From positions 32,001-96,000 of IMG/VR virus record IMGVR_UViG_2936984999_000001: a stretch of 64,000 bases of DNA; one strand, written 5' to 3'. This document shows, in pieces, positions 48,656 through 58,603 of the stretch (the first letter of the stretch is position 1; each line of letters starts with the position of its first letter). The position numbers and the translations under genes were made by a program. The DNA comes from a virus. Lineage: Duplodnaviria > Caudoviricetes. The notes under the pieces are model-generated. The model searched no databases and was not told where the DNA came from. It saw only the letters and a list, made by a program, of their open reading frames with translations.

Positions 48656-49201
48656 TTATTTTCCAGGTTTCCAAGAATATCCGCAGTTAGCACACCTATT
48701 GACAGTTTTATTAGAACCAAGGAAACCTGTAATCAGACTGTATCCTCTTTGACCTGTAGTAATTTGTGTGCTACCACATTTAGGGCAACGAACGGTATTT
48801 TTCTCTTCTTCCTCTGCCCTCTGCTGTGCTAAATACTCGTCATATCTTTTCTGCGATTCCTCTTCGGCTTTAGCGTTTATAATATTTATTTGATTTGTGT
48901 ATTTAATGATGTCGTTCTTTTTGAGATCAATCATTGCTAAAAGAAAATCAGCACTATAATTACCAAAGTCAGTAATACGATCAAATTCTTTTAAATCATC
49001 CATATTAGAATCTTGCATTTCTGTTTTGCATATAGGACATTCGGCAGTCAACGCTTTATCTTCAAAAAGTAATCCTTTATAATCATTTATACTTTTATAA
49101 GTCACATTTGGTTCATAAAGTAATGAACTTGTATAAGCTTTTGCATCTGTTAGTCTATTTTTATTTTTTGCCATACATGTCTTACAGTAAAAAATTTTCA
49201 T
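48656..49201 (-). CDS. Zinc-ribbon protein (intron cargo)
   Basis: CKTC/CPIC and CPKCGS..GYSLITGFLGS..CANCG; GAGGGAG RBS before ATG at 49201. Confidence 0.75.
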   Translation of the reverse strand: MKIFYCKTCMAKNKNRLTDAKAYTSSLLYEPNVTYKSINDYKGLLFEDKALTAECPICKTEMQDSNMDDLKEFDRITDFGNYSADFLLAMIDLKKNDIIKYTNQINIINAKAEEESQKRYDEYLAQQRAEEEEKNTVRCPKCGSTQITTGQRGYSLITGFLGSNKTVNRCANCGYSWKPGK

Positions 49202-49241
49202 ATTATTAGTCTCCCTCAATTTTATATAGTTTTATAATGCA

Positions 49242-49270
49242 AGTATACTACTATATATAAATAAAAACAA
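49242..49270 (-). promoter_or_regulatory. Antisense sigmaA-like promoter for the cargo operon, abutting the intron 3' splice site
   Basis: Minus strand TTGTTT-17 nt-TATACT. Confidence 0.55.
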
Positions 49271-49272
49271 TG

Positions 49273-52200
49273 ATCTTTAACTACGATAAAGAAAATGGGA
49301 CATTTAATAATTCTAAGAATTTGTCTGATGTTAAACAGAGCATTATAGACTTTTTTACAAAAAAACAAGATATAAAAAAGAACTATGTATTAACTGACAA
49401 AGATAACGATTTCTTTAAAAGATTTAGAGAGACATTTTCTAGTGATCAAATATCTGGTAGTAGCGAAAAAGATGTTGCATATGCAAAACAATTAGTAGAT
49501 CAATATGCAGACCAGAAACAGGGAATTTATGATCTTATAGAAGCAAAAGGGCTTTTGGGTGTTACGGAAGCCAATTTAGCAGATGCACAATCCACTACTA
49601 TACAAGGAATGACTAAGTTCCAGTCTGTTGCAAAATCAGCAGTTACAGCTGTTAAATCTTTTGTCGGTACTCTCGGTAATATGGCAATTGCTATGGCTGC
49701 ATCATGGGCTATTGGTAAAGCAATCGAAGGTATTGATTATCTTATTCACTACGATGAAAATATCATCAAAGCTGGACAGGAAGCAAAGGATTCCATTGAC
49801 AGTACATTTAAAAGTTTCGAAGAAGGTAAGCAGTCTATCATGGATCTTGGCTCTTCATTTGGCAATCAGACAGAGCAGATAAAAAATACCGGTGATGCAA
49901 TCGATCAAGTTGCCGAAAAATATGTAGATCTTCGTAAGGGAGTAAATCAGAATACAAACGAGAATGTATCATTATCTACAGACGAGTATCAGCAATATAT
50001 TGATCTCAGTAGTAAGCTTGCTTCTCAGTTTCCTGGTCTGGTAGCAGGTTATGATAGTCAGGGAAATGCTGTATTAAACCTTGCTTCCAATGCAGATAAG
50101 GCTGCTGATAGTATTCGTAACTTATATGAGGCACAAGTTTCTTCTGCAAATGTTGATATGGGGAAAAATCTACAAGCAACATATGATGGTGTTGTTACAC
50201 AGACAAGTCAATATGCGGAAGATATTCAGAAAAAACGTGATGAACTAGCTCAACTAGATATTGATATTTCTGAGAACAAACGTAGTATTTTAACATATGG
50301 AAGTAACAATTTTGAAGTTCAGAATTTGTATGGCGATAAAGAAAATGTTATTACTGATGTTCTAAAAGAGAACGGATTATACAAAGAGAATACTGGTGAT
50401 GACGGAAGCATCTGGAATTTCTATGCTGAAGGTCTTGCTGACAAGTCAGAACAAGAAATAGATAGGATGAACGAACAGATTACAGCTGGTATGGAATCCT
50501 ATTATTTAACATTGGAATCTCAGAGAAGTCAACTTCAGAGCGAAATTAATTCCTATGACTTAATGATTGAAGATCAATGGCGTAGCATGGCTCAATCACT
50601 TGGAAATTATCTTCAGACATCAAAATCATTTAATGAGCTTGATGATAGTCTTCAGAGTGCATTTCTGGCTAATATTTCAAATCTTGATTTAACTGCATTA
50701 AATGATCCTGATGGTGAATATAAAGGACAGGTACTTGATTTTCTGTATGGTGAATTTCTTGGGCCAATGTCTCAGTTTAGTACGGATGTACAAGAAAGTC
50801 TTGCAAAAGCACTACAAATTGATCCTTCTAAATTAACTATTGATGAATACAGGTCGCAAGTTGATGAGGCATTTAAAGATGCTTTTGGAAATGACACAGA
50901 GGAAAAGAAAGAACTTCAGGAGCGATTCAAAAACGCTTATGGAATTGATTCTTCTATTGAAGATATGGAGGATAATGCATCTCGTCTCAAAGAAGCATAT
51001 GCAGATTTTCCAAATGCCAGTGATTTTATTGACCAGATGCAGACAGGCGATCTGTCAATTGCTGCACAGTTAATTGATAATGGTTCAGTTGATATTAAGA
51101 AAGGCACAGATGGATTAGTTTCTGCCATTGAAAGATATAAGAAAACGGTAGCAGAATCCACAGATGGTCCTATTCTCTCATCAATTCTTGGCGATTCTGA
51201 TAATGAAATCTCATCTTCTATTGATTCTTTACAGTCAGATATTTCTTCTTTATCAGATACTCTTATAAAGCTTAAAACAGGCGAGTTTAAAGATTCAGAT
51301 CTCACTGACATTATTCAACAGTTTCCACAACTAGCTTCTGGTACAGACGATTTACAGAAATCTATTTCAAACCTCAAAGTATCTAAAGTAACAGATAGTA
51401 TAAAAAAAATAGATGATGCGATGGTTGGTGCTTCTAAAGAAGAGATGGAATATGCTAAAGCTCTTAAAGGAAGCATTCTGAAAGAAGCTGATTTGTCTGA
51501 TATTGATGCTGCTACAGCGAAGCAGGAAATAGAAAAACTGTTCAAAAATGCTTATAGCTCTGCGCCACAGACAGTTGCAGAAAATATGGCAAAAGGATTT
51601 ATCAATTCTTATTCAAGCTATATGACATCTGACACAGGCGCCCAAGCAATGCTTAAAGCGGTCGAACAGAATATTGGAAATATCACTTCTACTGGATTCG
51701 ATTGGGGAAAAGAAATTAAGAATTTTCTTCCAACTACAGCAGATTTTATTAATAATGAAACAATCCAATCTCAGCTCACAGATTATCAGGATAAATATCA
51801 GTCACTCTATCAAGCTCAAAAAGATCTAAAGAACGGTCTTATGACTGGTTCTACAAGAAAAACATTCCTGGATAAATTCCCAGATCTTGCAAAATATGCA
51901 GGAAACACTGAAACACTCTCTTCTGCTATTGATGATCTGATGGATTCTATGGACAGTGATGTAACTAACCAGTTTACAGATGCTATTAAAGCTCTTCAGG
52001 ATGCCGGACAGTATGCAGATGCAAGTGCATTACAATCTTATGTTGAAGCTGTTTTAGATGGTGCCCATGATATCGAGGGTGCTTATCAAAAAATCGCAGG
52101 TCTTAAAATCCCTACACCTCAGTATGCAGAACTTAAAGAGGCTCTTGAATCTTCAAACGAGGGTGATCTTTACAACGAACTTCTCTCTCAGTATAAAACC

Positions 52201-55200
52201 GCAAAAGAGGCATGGGAAAAAGGTGAAGTTGGTACAGATGACTTTAAGTCTTTTGCTTCTATTATTTCTCCTACAGGTGTATCTGATGCAGTAAACTTTG
52301 GTGAGAATCAGGCAATGTTTGAAAGATACTTCCAGGATACATCTACTGGTGTTGAAAATTTCCTAGAAGATCTACAGAAGCTTGACCTTGCTTCTAATGA
52401 AAGTGGTCATTGGACCAGTACATTAGGAAATAACCTTGATGAAATGCGAGACGCTGCACAGAGACTTAATATGGGCTTTGAACCATTTATGATGATGTTT
52501 GGTCGTCTCGAAGATTATGGTGCTACTACTGACTTCTTCACTACGGAAGAGGATGGGCAACAGCATTTGTCTGATCTCTATCAGCAGATTGCAGAAAAGA
52601 AACAAAAACTTGCAGAAATTAAAGCAGATCCGGATTTAGCTGGAGATCAGTCTGCTATTGATTCTCTCAATAAAGATTTAGATGAACTTTATGCGAGAGT
52701 AGAAAATACAAAAACTGGAATTGAAGAGCTTCCGGATAAAGCAACTTATTATGAAGCAAAGAATCTCGAACAGGCTAAATCAGTTATCACTCAGATGCAG
52801 GATGAAATTAATCAGGCAGCTGCAGAAGGAAATGATGAATTAGTCAAAATTCTTGAAAAAACTCGTGATCAATATTTAAAAGAAAACGGATATATTCTTA
52901 AAGAACAGCCACAAGGTCAAACTCAGCAAGGGACTATTGAAAATCCGTTAGCAAGAGAATTTACAAATCCAACTAAATTTGGTGATTATGAGACAGTCAT
53001 CAAGAAGATTCAGAATGCGACAGATGAACAAACATCTTCTCTTGAGGAAAATCTTAAAGTATTAAGCCAATATTCTGAATCTCAGCTCAGTGGAATAAAT
53101 TTATCCGATGGACAGTATGATGCCGGTTTTGAGGATGCTGAACAAGCACTTGACAACCTTTCTAGCACATTTGGTCTTACAAAAGATCAAGCGGTACAGT
53201 TAGCAGCTGTTCTTTCTGATATGGGGCTGATCAAAGCAACTCCTAAAGTTGACTTAACTACAGTTCAGGATCAGATTGATAATGCAAAAGATGAGTTACA
53301 GGATAGTAATATTACTGTTGATTTAGATTTTGATATTTCTACTTCTAGTAAAGAAGAACTTCAGAAAAAGAGTCAAGAAATCCAGGAAGAGTTAAATAAT
53401 AATACATCTCTTTCTACTTCTGAGAAAACAACTCTGCAAGGAGTAAAAGATTCTGTTGATAACCAGGTTGTTACGCTTACAGTACAGGAAAAAGTTGAAA
53501 AAGATGGTGATGTAGACGAGCTTCTTGCAATGGATGATCAAACACTTGCTGCGACACTTGATTTAGATGTAAATAATGAAAGTCAGCTGAAAACTGCTAG
53601 GGACGATTTACAATATATTAAGGATAATCAAGATGCACAAGTTGATATGACCGTTAAATTGGATGAATCTCAGTTTAAACAGTTGTTAGGCGATAAAGAT
53701 CAGGCTTCTATAAATCTTACTGCTAATGATAAAGAAGCAAAAGAAAAGATAAATGAAACCAAGGAATATGCCAATAAATCAAAGGGTATTATAAAAATTG
53801 ATGGAAATAGTTATTCAGCTATTTCTAAGGCAGACTCTGCTGTAAAATTTATCAATGGTATGACTGGAACTATTAAAATTGATGCGAATATCGATTCTAT
53901 GACAAGTAAAATTAGTTCCGAATTGGCAAAACCTCGTACTATTGACATTTCTGCAAATGTTCATACAAATGTCAGAGGAGCTGTTAAAGGTGCTACAGCA
54001 AGCGCTTCTGGTTCTATGATTCGTGTAGCTCATACTGATGGTACGGCTTATAATGTTCTTAACTACTCTCATGCTTATGCAAATGGAAATGTTGCGTTAA
54101 ATGGTGATGAAAATGCTCTAGTCAATGAGTTAGGAAATGAAAGTATCGTTAGGAATGGTAAATGGATGCTTATTCCAGGTGGTGCTCATTTTGAAAATCT
54201 GAAGAAGGGTGACATTATCTTCAATGCACAGCAGACATCCGAGCTTATCAATTCAGGACATGTTACATCTGGAGGTGGACATGCTAGAGCTTATGCAAAT
54301 GGTACTGTTGGTGCTTATGCAGGAGGTAATTCTGGTGTTTATTTAAACTGGGATAAAAATCGTACTCAAGTTGGCAATCAGTCAACCTCATCTTCCTCCA
54401 ATTCCACAACTACCGATAAAAATACAACTTCTGTTAAGAAAAATACAGACACCGTAAATGACAATACCGAAAAGGTAAAGAAATCTACTAAGGTATATGA
54501 CTGGGTAGAAATCCGTATTAAGCATTGGTCTGATCAGGTTCAAAAAATCGCTGATAAAATCACTGATTATATTAAGAAGTCACTTAAAACATCTTTGCTC
54601 AAACAGCAAATTCGTAAGATGAACTATGAGATTGGGTCTAATCAGAAAGGTGCAAAAACCTATATGAAAAAGGCTAACTCTATAGCGAACGAGTACACTT
54701 ATTATAATAGTGATGGCGAAGAAATTAAAACCAATGTATCAAAGAAATATCAGAAGCTTGTACAATCTGGTGCTTATCGCATAGAGGATATGGACACTTC
54801 AACAGACGAGGGTAAGGCTCTGGCAGAGGCTATCGATCAGTATAAGACATATTACGACAAGGCACAGGATTGCAAACAGGCTGTTGTTGATCTGAAAAAA
54901 GAGCAAATGGAATTGTTTGAGCAATGGGCTAATATGCCAACTGAAACAGCAGAGCAGAAATTGGAACGTTTACAAAACGGATTTAATGGATTGAATGCAA
55001 CTCAGTCAAGGTTATCTGCTGTTCAGACAGGTGGATCAACACAAAAAGCTATAGCAGACGCTGCTACTGCAAGTTACGAATCAGCACAGGTAGTTACAGA
55101 AAAAGCACAATCAAATCTTGACACAGCAACTGCGAAAGCAGATAAGGCAACTACAGCTGTAAATAGAAAGAAAAAAGCACTTCTTAAATCAAAAGGTCTT

Positions 55201-57423
55201 ACGAATGAGCAGAAAAAAGCTATTAAATCCGGAAAGACTATTGATACCAGTAAGATTACTAACAAGACTACGAAGAAACGTGCCGAAGAGTATAATTCTG
55301 CAGTTAAAAATAAAAAGAAAGCAGATTCTAAAAAGAAAACGGCTCAGACTAAATTTAACACTGCAAATAAGAATTCTTCATCTCTTAAGACAGATGCAGA
55401 AAAAGCAATCGCCGGATATCAGGAAGGAAACGAACTTTCCTATATGGATTCCTTAACTGATCAGAATGTGACACAGACAAAGCAAGCTGCAGATATTAAC
55501 AACAAGGCTTGGGAGGAAACTAAGAAAAATCTTAACGCACAGGAGAAAGCCAAGAAACAAGCAGACGATAAGGTTAGTAAAAAAGCTAAAGCTATTAAGA
55601 AAAAGTTTGGTAGTAAGCTGAGTGATAATCAGAAAAAGAAATTAGCAGCAGGTAAAGAAATAAATGTCGATAAGATAAAAGACAAGTCTCTTAAAAAGGC
55701 TCTTACAGCATATAATAAATATGTTACTACTGCAGCCGAAACAGAACAGAAATTAAATATTGTCACAGATGCAGAATCAACAGCGGCAGCTAATGCAGCG
55801 GAATCACAGACAGAAGCAGCTAAAGCCACAGTCGAAGCTATTCAAAGTAAATTTGATAATGCGAAGACGTATTATGAAGGATTGTTAGGATATCAGGAAA
55901 AGTATAATGAAATGGAAGAAGCAAACATTGATTTATACAATGCTCATGGAAATTATGAGCGTTCTTCTGATTATGAGATCAAGATTTCAAATACTGAAAG
56001 TCTGAGAAATATCGCACAGGATAAAGTTGATGAACTTGAGAAAAGACTCCAAGAAGGTGTTGACAATGGCACAATTGTAGAAGGATCTCAGGAATGGATT
56101 AATATGAAATCCGAGATTATAGAAGCAAAAAAAGCTGTAACCGATTACGACACAAGTATTGAAAATCTGAAACAGCAACAAATTGGTGTTTATTATGAAG
56201 AACAGTTTGATCGTGCAATAGAGAAAATTGATCAGTTCAAGGACCGTATTGATATACTAAATGAAATCATCTCTGATGATATGAAAGTTGATAAGAATAC
56301 TGGATTACTTACAGAATTGGGAGCTACTTCTGTAATGTTGAACAGAAAACAGTTTTCTGCAAATCAGAAAGAAATACAAAAGCTTCTTGAAAAAGAAAAT
56401 GATGTGAAAAAACGATACGCTAATGGCGAAGATATGTCTTCTGAATTTGGCGAAAAGACTTATGATGAATATATAAAAGACATTCAGTCTAAATATAATT
56501 CTTTAATTTCATCAAATAGTTCTCTTCAAAATGATATGCTCTCTCTTGTCAAAAATCAGGCTCAAGCAGAACTTGATGCTCTTAATAAAGTAATATCTAA
56601 GCGTAAGGAAGCCCTTTCCGCAAAGAAAGACTATTACGATTACGATAAAACTTTAAAGGATAAGACTAAAGACATTCAGATCCTTGAACGTCAAGCGGCA
56701 GCTCTCCAGGGTTCAACAAACGCTGAAGATAAAGCACGTTTGGCAAAGATCCAGGAACAATTATCAGATGCAAGAGAAGATCTTTCTGATACTATGACAG
56801 ACCATGCTTTCAGTATGCAAAGTGATGCGCTTGATAAATTATCCTCAGATATGAGTGATGATTTTGACAAATGGTCTAACGACATAAACTCTAACGTAGA
56901 GAAAATGAGTAAAGCTATTAATGAAGCAGTTTCAAATTCTGCTCTTAGTAATGCGCAGGTTCTCAATAATCTTTCTACTATTCTGAAAAATGTTGGATTA
57001 ACAGATGAGCAGGTTAGCTCTACATTATCAGGGTTTACCGGTTATGCTTCCGGAACTGATTATGTGCCTAAGTCTGGAATGTACCGTGTAAACGAAAATG
57101 GTATGGAATCCGTACTGTCAAGAAAATACGGTACTCTCACATTCTTAAATCAGGGCGATAAAGTATTTACAGCAGATTTCACAAAGAGACTTATTGATAA
57201 TGCAGGTATTGCCACACAGAGTAGTCAACCACAATTTGGCGAGATGTATAAGGAACTTATGAATGCGATTAACAACACAAATAATCAATCTTATGAGCAT
57301 AGTACAGTTTACAATATTATTGTAAATGAAGCTACTGATGCAAACGCAGTAGGTGATATTGTCGTTAAGAAGATTAATGCATACGAAAAGAAGCGTGTAA
57401 GAGATTTTAAGAGTCTCAGATAA
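49273..57423 (+). CDS. Tape measure protein, exon 4 (spliced product ~3540 aa)
   Basis: Long helical/coiled-coil ORF with AYANG, ALVNELGNE and GYASGT motifs typical of TMP C-termini; no RBS before the apparent ATG at 49270. Confidence 0.88.
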   Translation: MFNYDKENGTFNNSKNLSDVKQSIIDFFTKKQDIKKNYVLTDKDNDFFKRFRETFSSDQISGSSEKDVAYAKQLVDQYADQKQGIYDLIEAKGLLGVTEANLADAQSTTIQGMTKFQSVAKSAVTAVKSFVGTLGNMAIAMAASWAIGKAIEGIDYLIHYDENIIKAGQEAKDSIDSTFKSFEEGKQSIMDLGSSFGNQTEQIKNTGDAIDQVAEKYVDLRKGVNQNTNENVSLSTDEYQQYIDLSSKLASQFPGLVAGYDSQGNAVLNLASNADKAADSIRNLYEAQVSSANVDMGKNLQATYDGVVTQTSQYAEDIQKKRDELAQLDIDISENKRSILTYGSNNFEVQNLYGDKENVITDVLKENGLYKENTGDDGSIWNFYAEGLADKSEQEIDRMNEQITAGMESYYLTLESQRSQLQSEINSYDLMIEDQWRSMAQSLGNYLQTSKSFNELDDSLQSAFLANISNLDLTALNDPDGEYKGQVLDFLYGEFLGPMSQFSTDVQESLAKALQIDPSKLTIDEYRSQVDEAFKDAFGNDTEEKKELQERFKNAYGIDSSIEDMEDNASRLKEAYADFPNASDFIDQMQTGDLSIAAQLIDNGSVDIKKGTDGLVSAIERYKKTVAESTDGPILSSILGDSDNEISSSIDSLQSDISSLSDTLIKLKTGEFKDSDLTDIIQQFPQLASGTDDLQKSISNLKVSKVTDSIKKIDDAMVGASKEEMEYAKALKGSILKEADLSDIDAATAKQEIEKLFKNAYSSAPQTVAENMAKGFINSYSSYMTSDTGAQAMLKAVEQNIGNITSTGFDWGKEIKNFLPTTADFINNETIQSQLTDYQDKYQSLYQAQKDLKNGLMTGSTRKTFLDKFPDLAKYAGNTETLSSAIDDLMDSMDSDVTNQFTDAIKALQDAGQYADASALQSYVEAVLDGAHDIEGAYQKIAGLKIPTPQYAELKEALESSNEGDLYNELLSQYKTAKEAWEKGEVGTDDFKSFASIISPTGVSDAVNFGENQAMFERYFQDTSTGVENFLEDLQKLDLASNESGHWTSTLGNNLDEMRDAAQRLNMGFEPFMMMFGRLEDYGATTDFFTTEEDGQQHLSDLYQQIAEKKQKLAEIKADPDLAGDQSAIDSLNKDLDELYARVENTKTGIEELPDKATYYEAKNLEQAKSVITQMQDEINQAAAEGNDELVKILEKTRDQYLKENGYILKEQPQGQTQQGTIENPLAREFTNPTKFGDYETVIKKIQNATDEQTSSLEENLKVLSQYSESQLSGINLSDGQYDAGFEDAEQALDNLSSTFGLTKDQAVQLAAVLSDMGLIKATPKVDLTTVQDQIDNAKDELQDSNITVDLDFDISTSSKEELQKKSQEIQEELNNNTSLSTSEKTTLQGVKDSVDNQVVTLTVQEKVEKDGDVDELLAMDDQTLAATLDLDVNNESQLKTARDDLQYIKDNQDAQVDMTVKLDESQFKQLLGDKDQASINLTANDKEAKEKINETKEYANKSKGIIKIDGNSYSAISKADSAVKFINGMTGTIKIDANIDSMTSKISSELAKPRTIDISANVHTNVRGAVKGATASASGSMIRVAHTDGTAYNVLNYSHAYANGNVALNGDENALVNELGNESIVRNGKWMLIPGGAHFENLKKGDIIFNAQQTSELINSGHVTSGGGHARAYANGTVGAYAGGNSGVYLNWDKNRTQVGNQSTSSSSNSTTTDKNTTSVKKNTDTVNDNTEKVKKSTKVYDWVEIRIKHWSDQVQKIADKITDYIKKSLKTSLLKQQIRKMNYEIGSNQKGAKTYMKKANSIANEYTYYNSDGEEIKTNVSKKYQKLVQSGAYRIEDMDTSTDEGKALAEAIDQYKTYYDKAQDCKQAVVDLKKEQMELFEQWANMPTETAEQKLERLQNGFNGLNATQSRLSAVQTGGSTQKAIADAATASYESAQVVTEKAQSNLDTATAKADKATTAVNRKKKALLKSKGLTNEQKKAIKSGKTIDTSKITNKTTKKRAEEYNSAVKNKKKADSKKKTAQTKFNTANKNSSSLKTDAEKAIAGYQEGNELSYMDSLTDQNVTQTKQAADINNKAWEETKKNLNAQEKAKKQADDKVSKKAKAIKKKFGSKLSDNQKKKLAAGKEINVDKIKDKSLKKALTAYNKYVTTAAETEQKLNIVTDAESTAAANAAESQTEAAKATVEAIQSKFDNAKTYYEGLLGYQEKYNEMEEANIDLYNAHGNYERSSDYEIKISNTESLRNIAQDKVDELEKRLQEGVDNGTIVEGSQEWINMKSEIIEAKKAVTDYDTSIENLKQQQIGVYYEEQFDRAIEKIDQFKDRIDILNEIISDDMKVDKNTGLLTELGATSVMLNRKQFSANQKEIQKLLEKENDVKKRYANGEDMSSEFGEKTYDEYIKDIQSKYNSLISSNSSLQNDMLSLVKNQAQAELDALNKVISKRKEALSAKKDYYDYDKTLKDKTKDIQILERQAAALQGSTNAEDKARLAKIQEQLSDAREDLSDTMTDHAFSMQSDALDKLSSDMSDDFDKWSNDINSNVEKMSKAINEAVSNSALSNAQVLNNLSTILKNVGLTDEQVSSTLSGFTGYASGTDYVPKSGMYRVNENGMESVLSRKYGTLTFLNQGDKVFTADFTKRLIDNAGIATQSSQPQFGEMYKELMNAINNTNNQSYEHSTVYNIIVNEATDANAVGDIVVKKINAYEKKRVRDFKSLR

Positions 57424-57429
57424 ACACAG

Positions 57430-57461
57430 GAGGGCATAGTGTCACAGCTATGCTCTCTTTT
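57430..57461 (+). terminator. Terminator-like hairpin after the tape measure gene
   Basis: GAGGGCATAG-loop-CTATGCTCTC followed by a T run. Confidence 0.6.
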
Positions 57462-57487
57462 ATTAATTTTGAATAGAGGTAAAAATT

Positions 57488-57679
57488 ATGGAAGTAAGTT
57501 TTTTTAATTTTAAGCTAAAAATAAATAATACATCTATACGTTTATATGAAAACGAAAAAGATGTTGGTGGTATGTCATGCTGTAATGGAATAATTCCAAC
57601 TGATATAAAAAATTTTATGGAATGGTTATTTATTAATGATAAATTTATTGGAACAGCACATGGTGGAACAATATGTTAA
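57488..57679 (+). CDS. Small hypothetical protein
   Basis: GAGGT RBS; short ORF. Confidence 0.4.
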   Translation: MEVSFFNFKLKINNTSIRLYENEKDVGGMSCCNGIIPTDIKNFMEWLFINDKFIGTAHGGTIC

Positions 57680-57850
57680 TTTTTATATTATTTTTTAAGG
57701 TGGTCATATGAAATATTTCAATCACAAAATTCCAACAGGAATTCCAAAACAACGATTAAGAATAATTTATAAAACAAATTCTTTCAATCATCCATTAATT
57801 GAATCAAATAACAATCATAATGATAAAAATATAATTATAGATACAATGGT

Positions 57851-58504
57851 TCAAAAAATTCCTAAAAATTTTACAGATGCTTCATATATTGTTTTACAGG
57901 AAGAAACATTATTTCCTACGTCATATAGCTTAAAACAGTCATTAAGGTGGTATACAATCTTTCGTATTTCAAGAGTACATTTGTCTGTATAGAGCAATAT
58001 CTTTTCACAATTGTTTTTAGAATCTAATATCATAATTCCAAATAATGCCACAGCTATAGATTTTATATCTTTTTCTGGTATTTCTTTCACTTTTCGAATT
58101 AATGGGTACCACTCGTTAAACTGTAAGTGGCTTGATGCAATATTATAATTGTACTTATAAGACAATTGTTGATTTGCATCATAATCAAGTAATATATTTA
58201 CAAGATCACTTAGCAATTCATAATCACGATCAGAAATATCATTTGGAATTTCTGTTTTAGTCATTCCATTTTCACTCTGTACAACATGCATTAATTCGTG
58301 TAATATAACATCTTCAATGTCATCTGTGTCTTTTCTTATATGGATAACATATTTATTTTCGATTTTTTGGCAATATGGAGTTTCTTCATCTGTATAGTCA
58401 AAATCTATTTTAAAATCAGTGTGTGATTTAACAAGCTCAATGATTTCATAAGCTTTATTTGATATTTCGTAATTAAAAGTACCCCCAATAACTATTTCGT
58501 TCAT
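57851..58504 (-). CDS. HEXXH zinc metallopeptidase-like moron
   Basis: VILHELMHVVQ; GGGAG RBS before ATG at 58504; antisense to the tail genes. Confidence 0.7.
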   Translation of the reverse strand: MNEIVIGGTFNYEISNKAYEIIELVKSHTDFKIDFDYTDEETPYCQKIENKYVIHIRKDTDDIEDVILHELMHVVQSENGMTKTEIPNDISDRDYELLSDLVNILLDYDANQQLSYKYNYNIASSHLQFNEWYPLIRKVKEIPEKDIKSIAVALFGIMILDSKNNCEKILLYTDKCTLEIRKIVYHLNDCFKLYDVGNNVSSCKTIYEASVKFLGIF

Positions 58505-58542
58505 TTCAATACTCTCCCATCCCAATATAAATTATAAAATCC

Positions 58543-58571
58543 ATTATGATTCAAGTAACAATTTTTGTCAA
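58543..58571 (-). promoter_or_regulatory. sigmaA promoter of the metallopeptidase moron
   Basis: Minus strand TTGACA-17 nt-CATAAT. Confidence 0.75.
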
Positions 58572-58603
58572 TAAAAGTTTGAATAGAAAGTAGGTGATCA
58601 ATT

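Larger units (their letters stand above)
46790..49272 (+). mobile_element. Large group I intron (2483 nt) carrying antisense cargo genes
   Basis: P1 UGGGU/GCCCA; 14-bp perfect P10 (46833-46846 vs 49277-49290); P3 GCCTT/AAGGC, P4 TCGGA/TCCGA, P6 CACGTTA/TAACGTG, P7 GGCTG/CAGTC; ends ACAATG; in-frame join AGLG|IFNYDK. Confidence 0.82.

Noticed and set aside
49270-49272. ATG start of a stand-alone 2717-aa protein (likewise ATG at 11027)
   Set aside because: No convincing RBS; the G is the predicted intron terminal G and the following bases pair with the intron guide
8671-57423. Stop-codon reassignment or frameshift errors as the cause of the broken polymerase, neck and tape measure ORFs
   Set aside because: Each break has group I core motifs, exon-U/intron-G boundaries and in-frame rejoining; other genes end normally at TAA, TAG and TGA
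57708-57992. 94-aa ORF as a gene
   Set aside because: Has an RBS-like sequence, but half of it overlaps the better-supported antisense metallopeptidase gene; left unresolved
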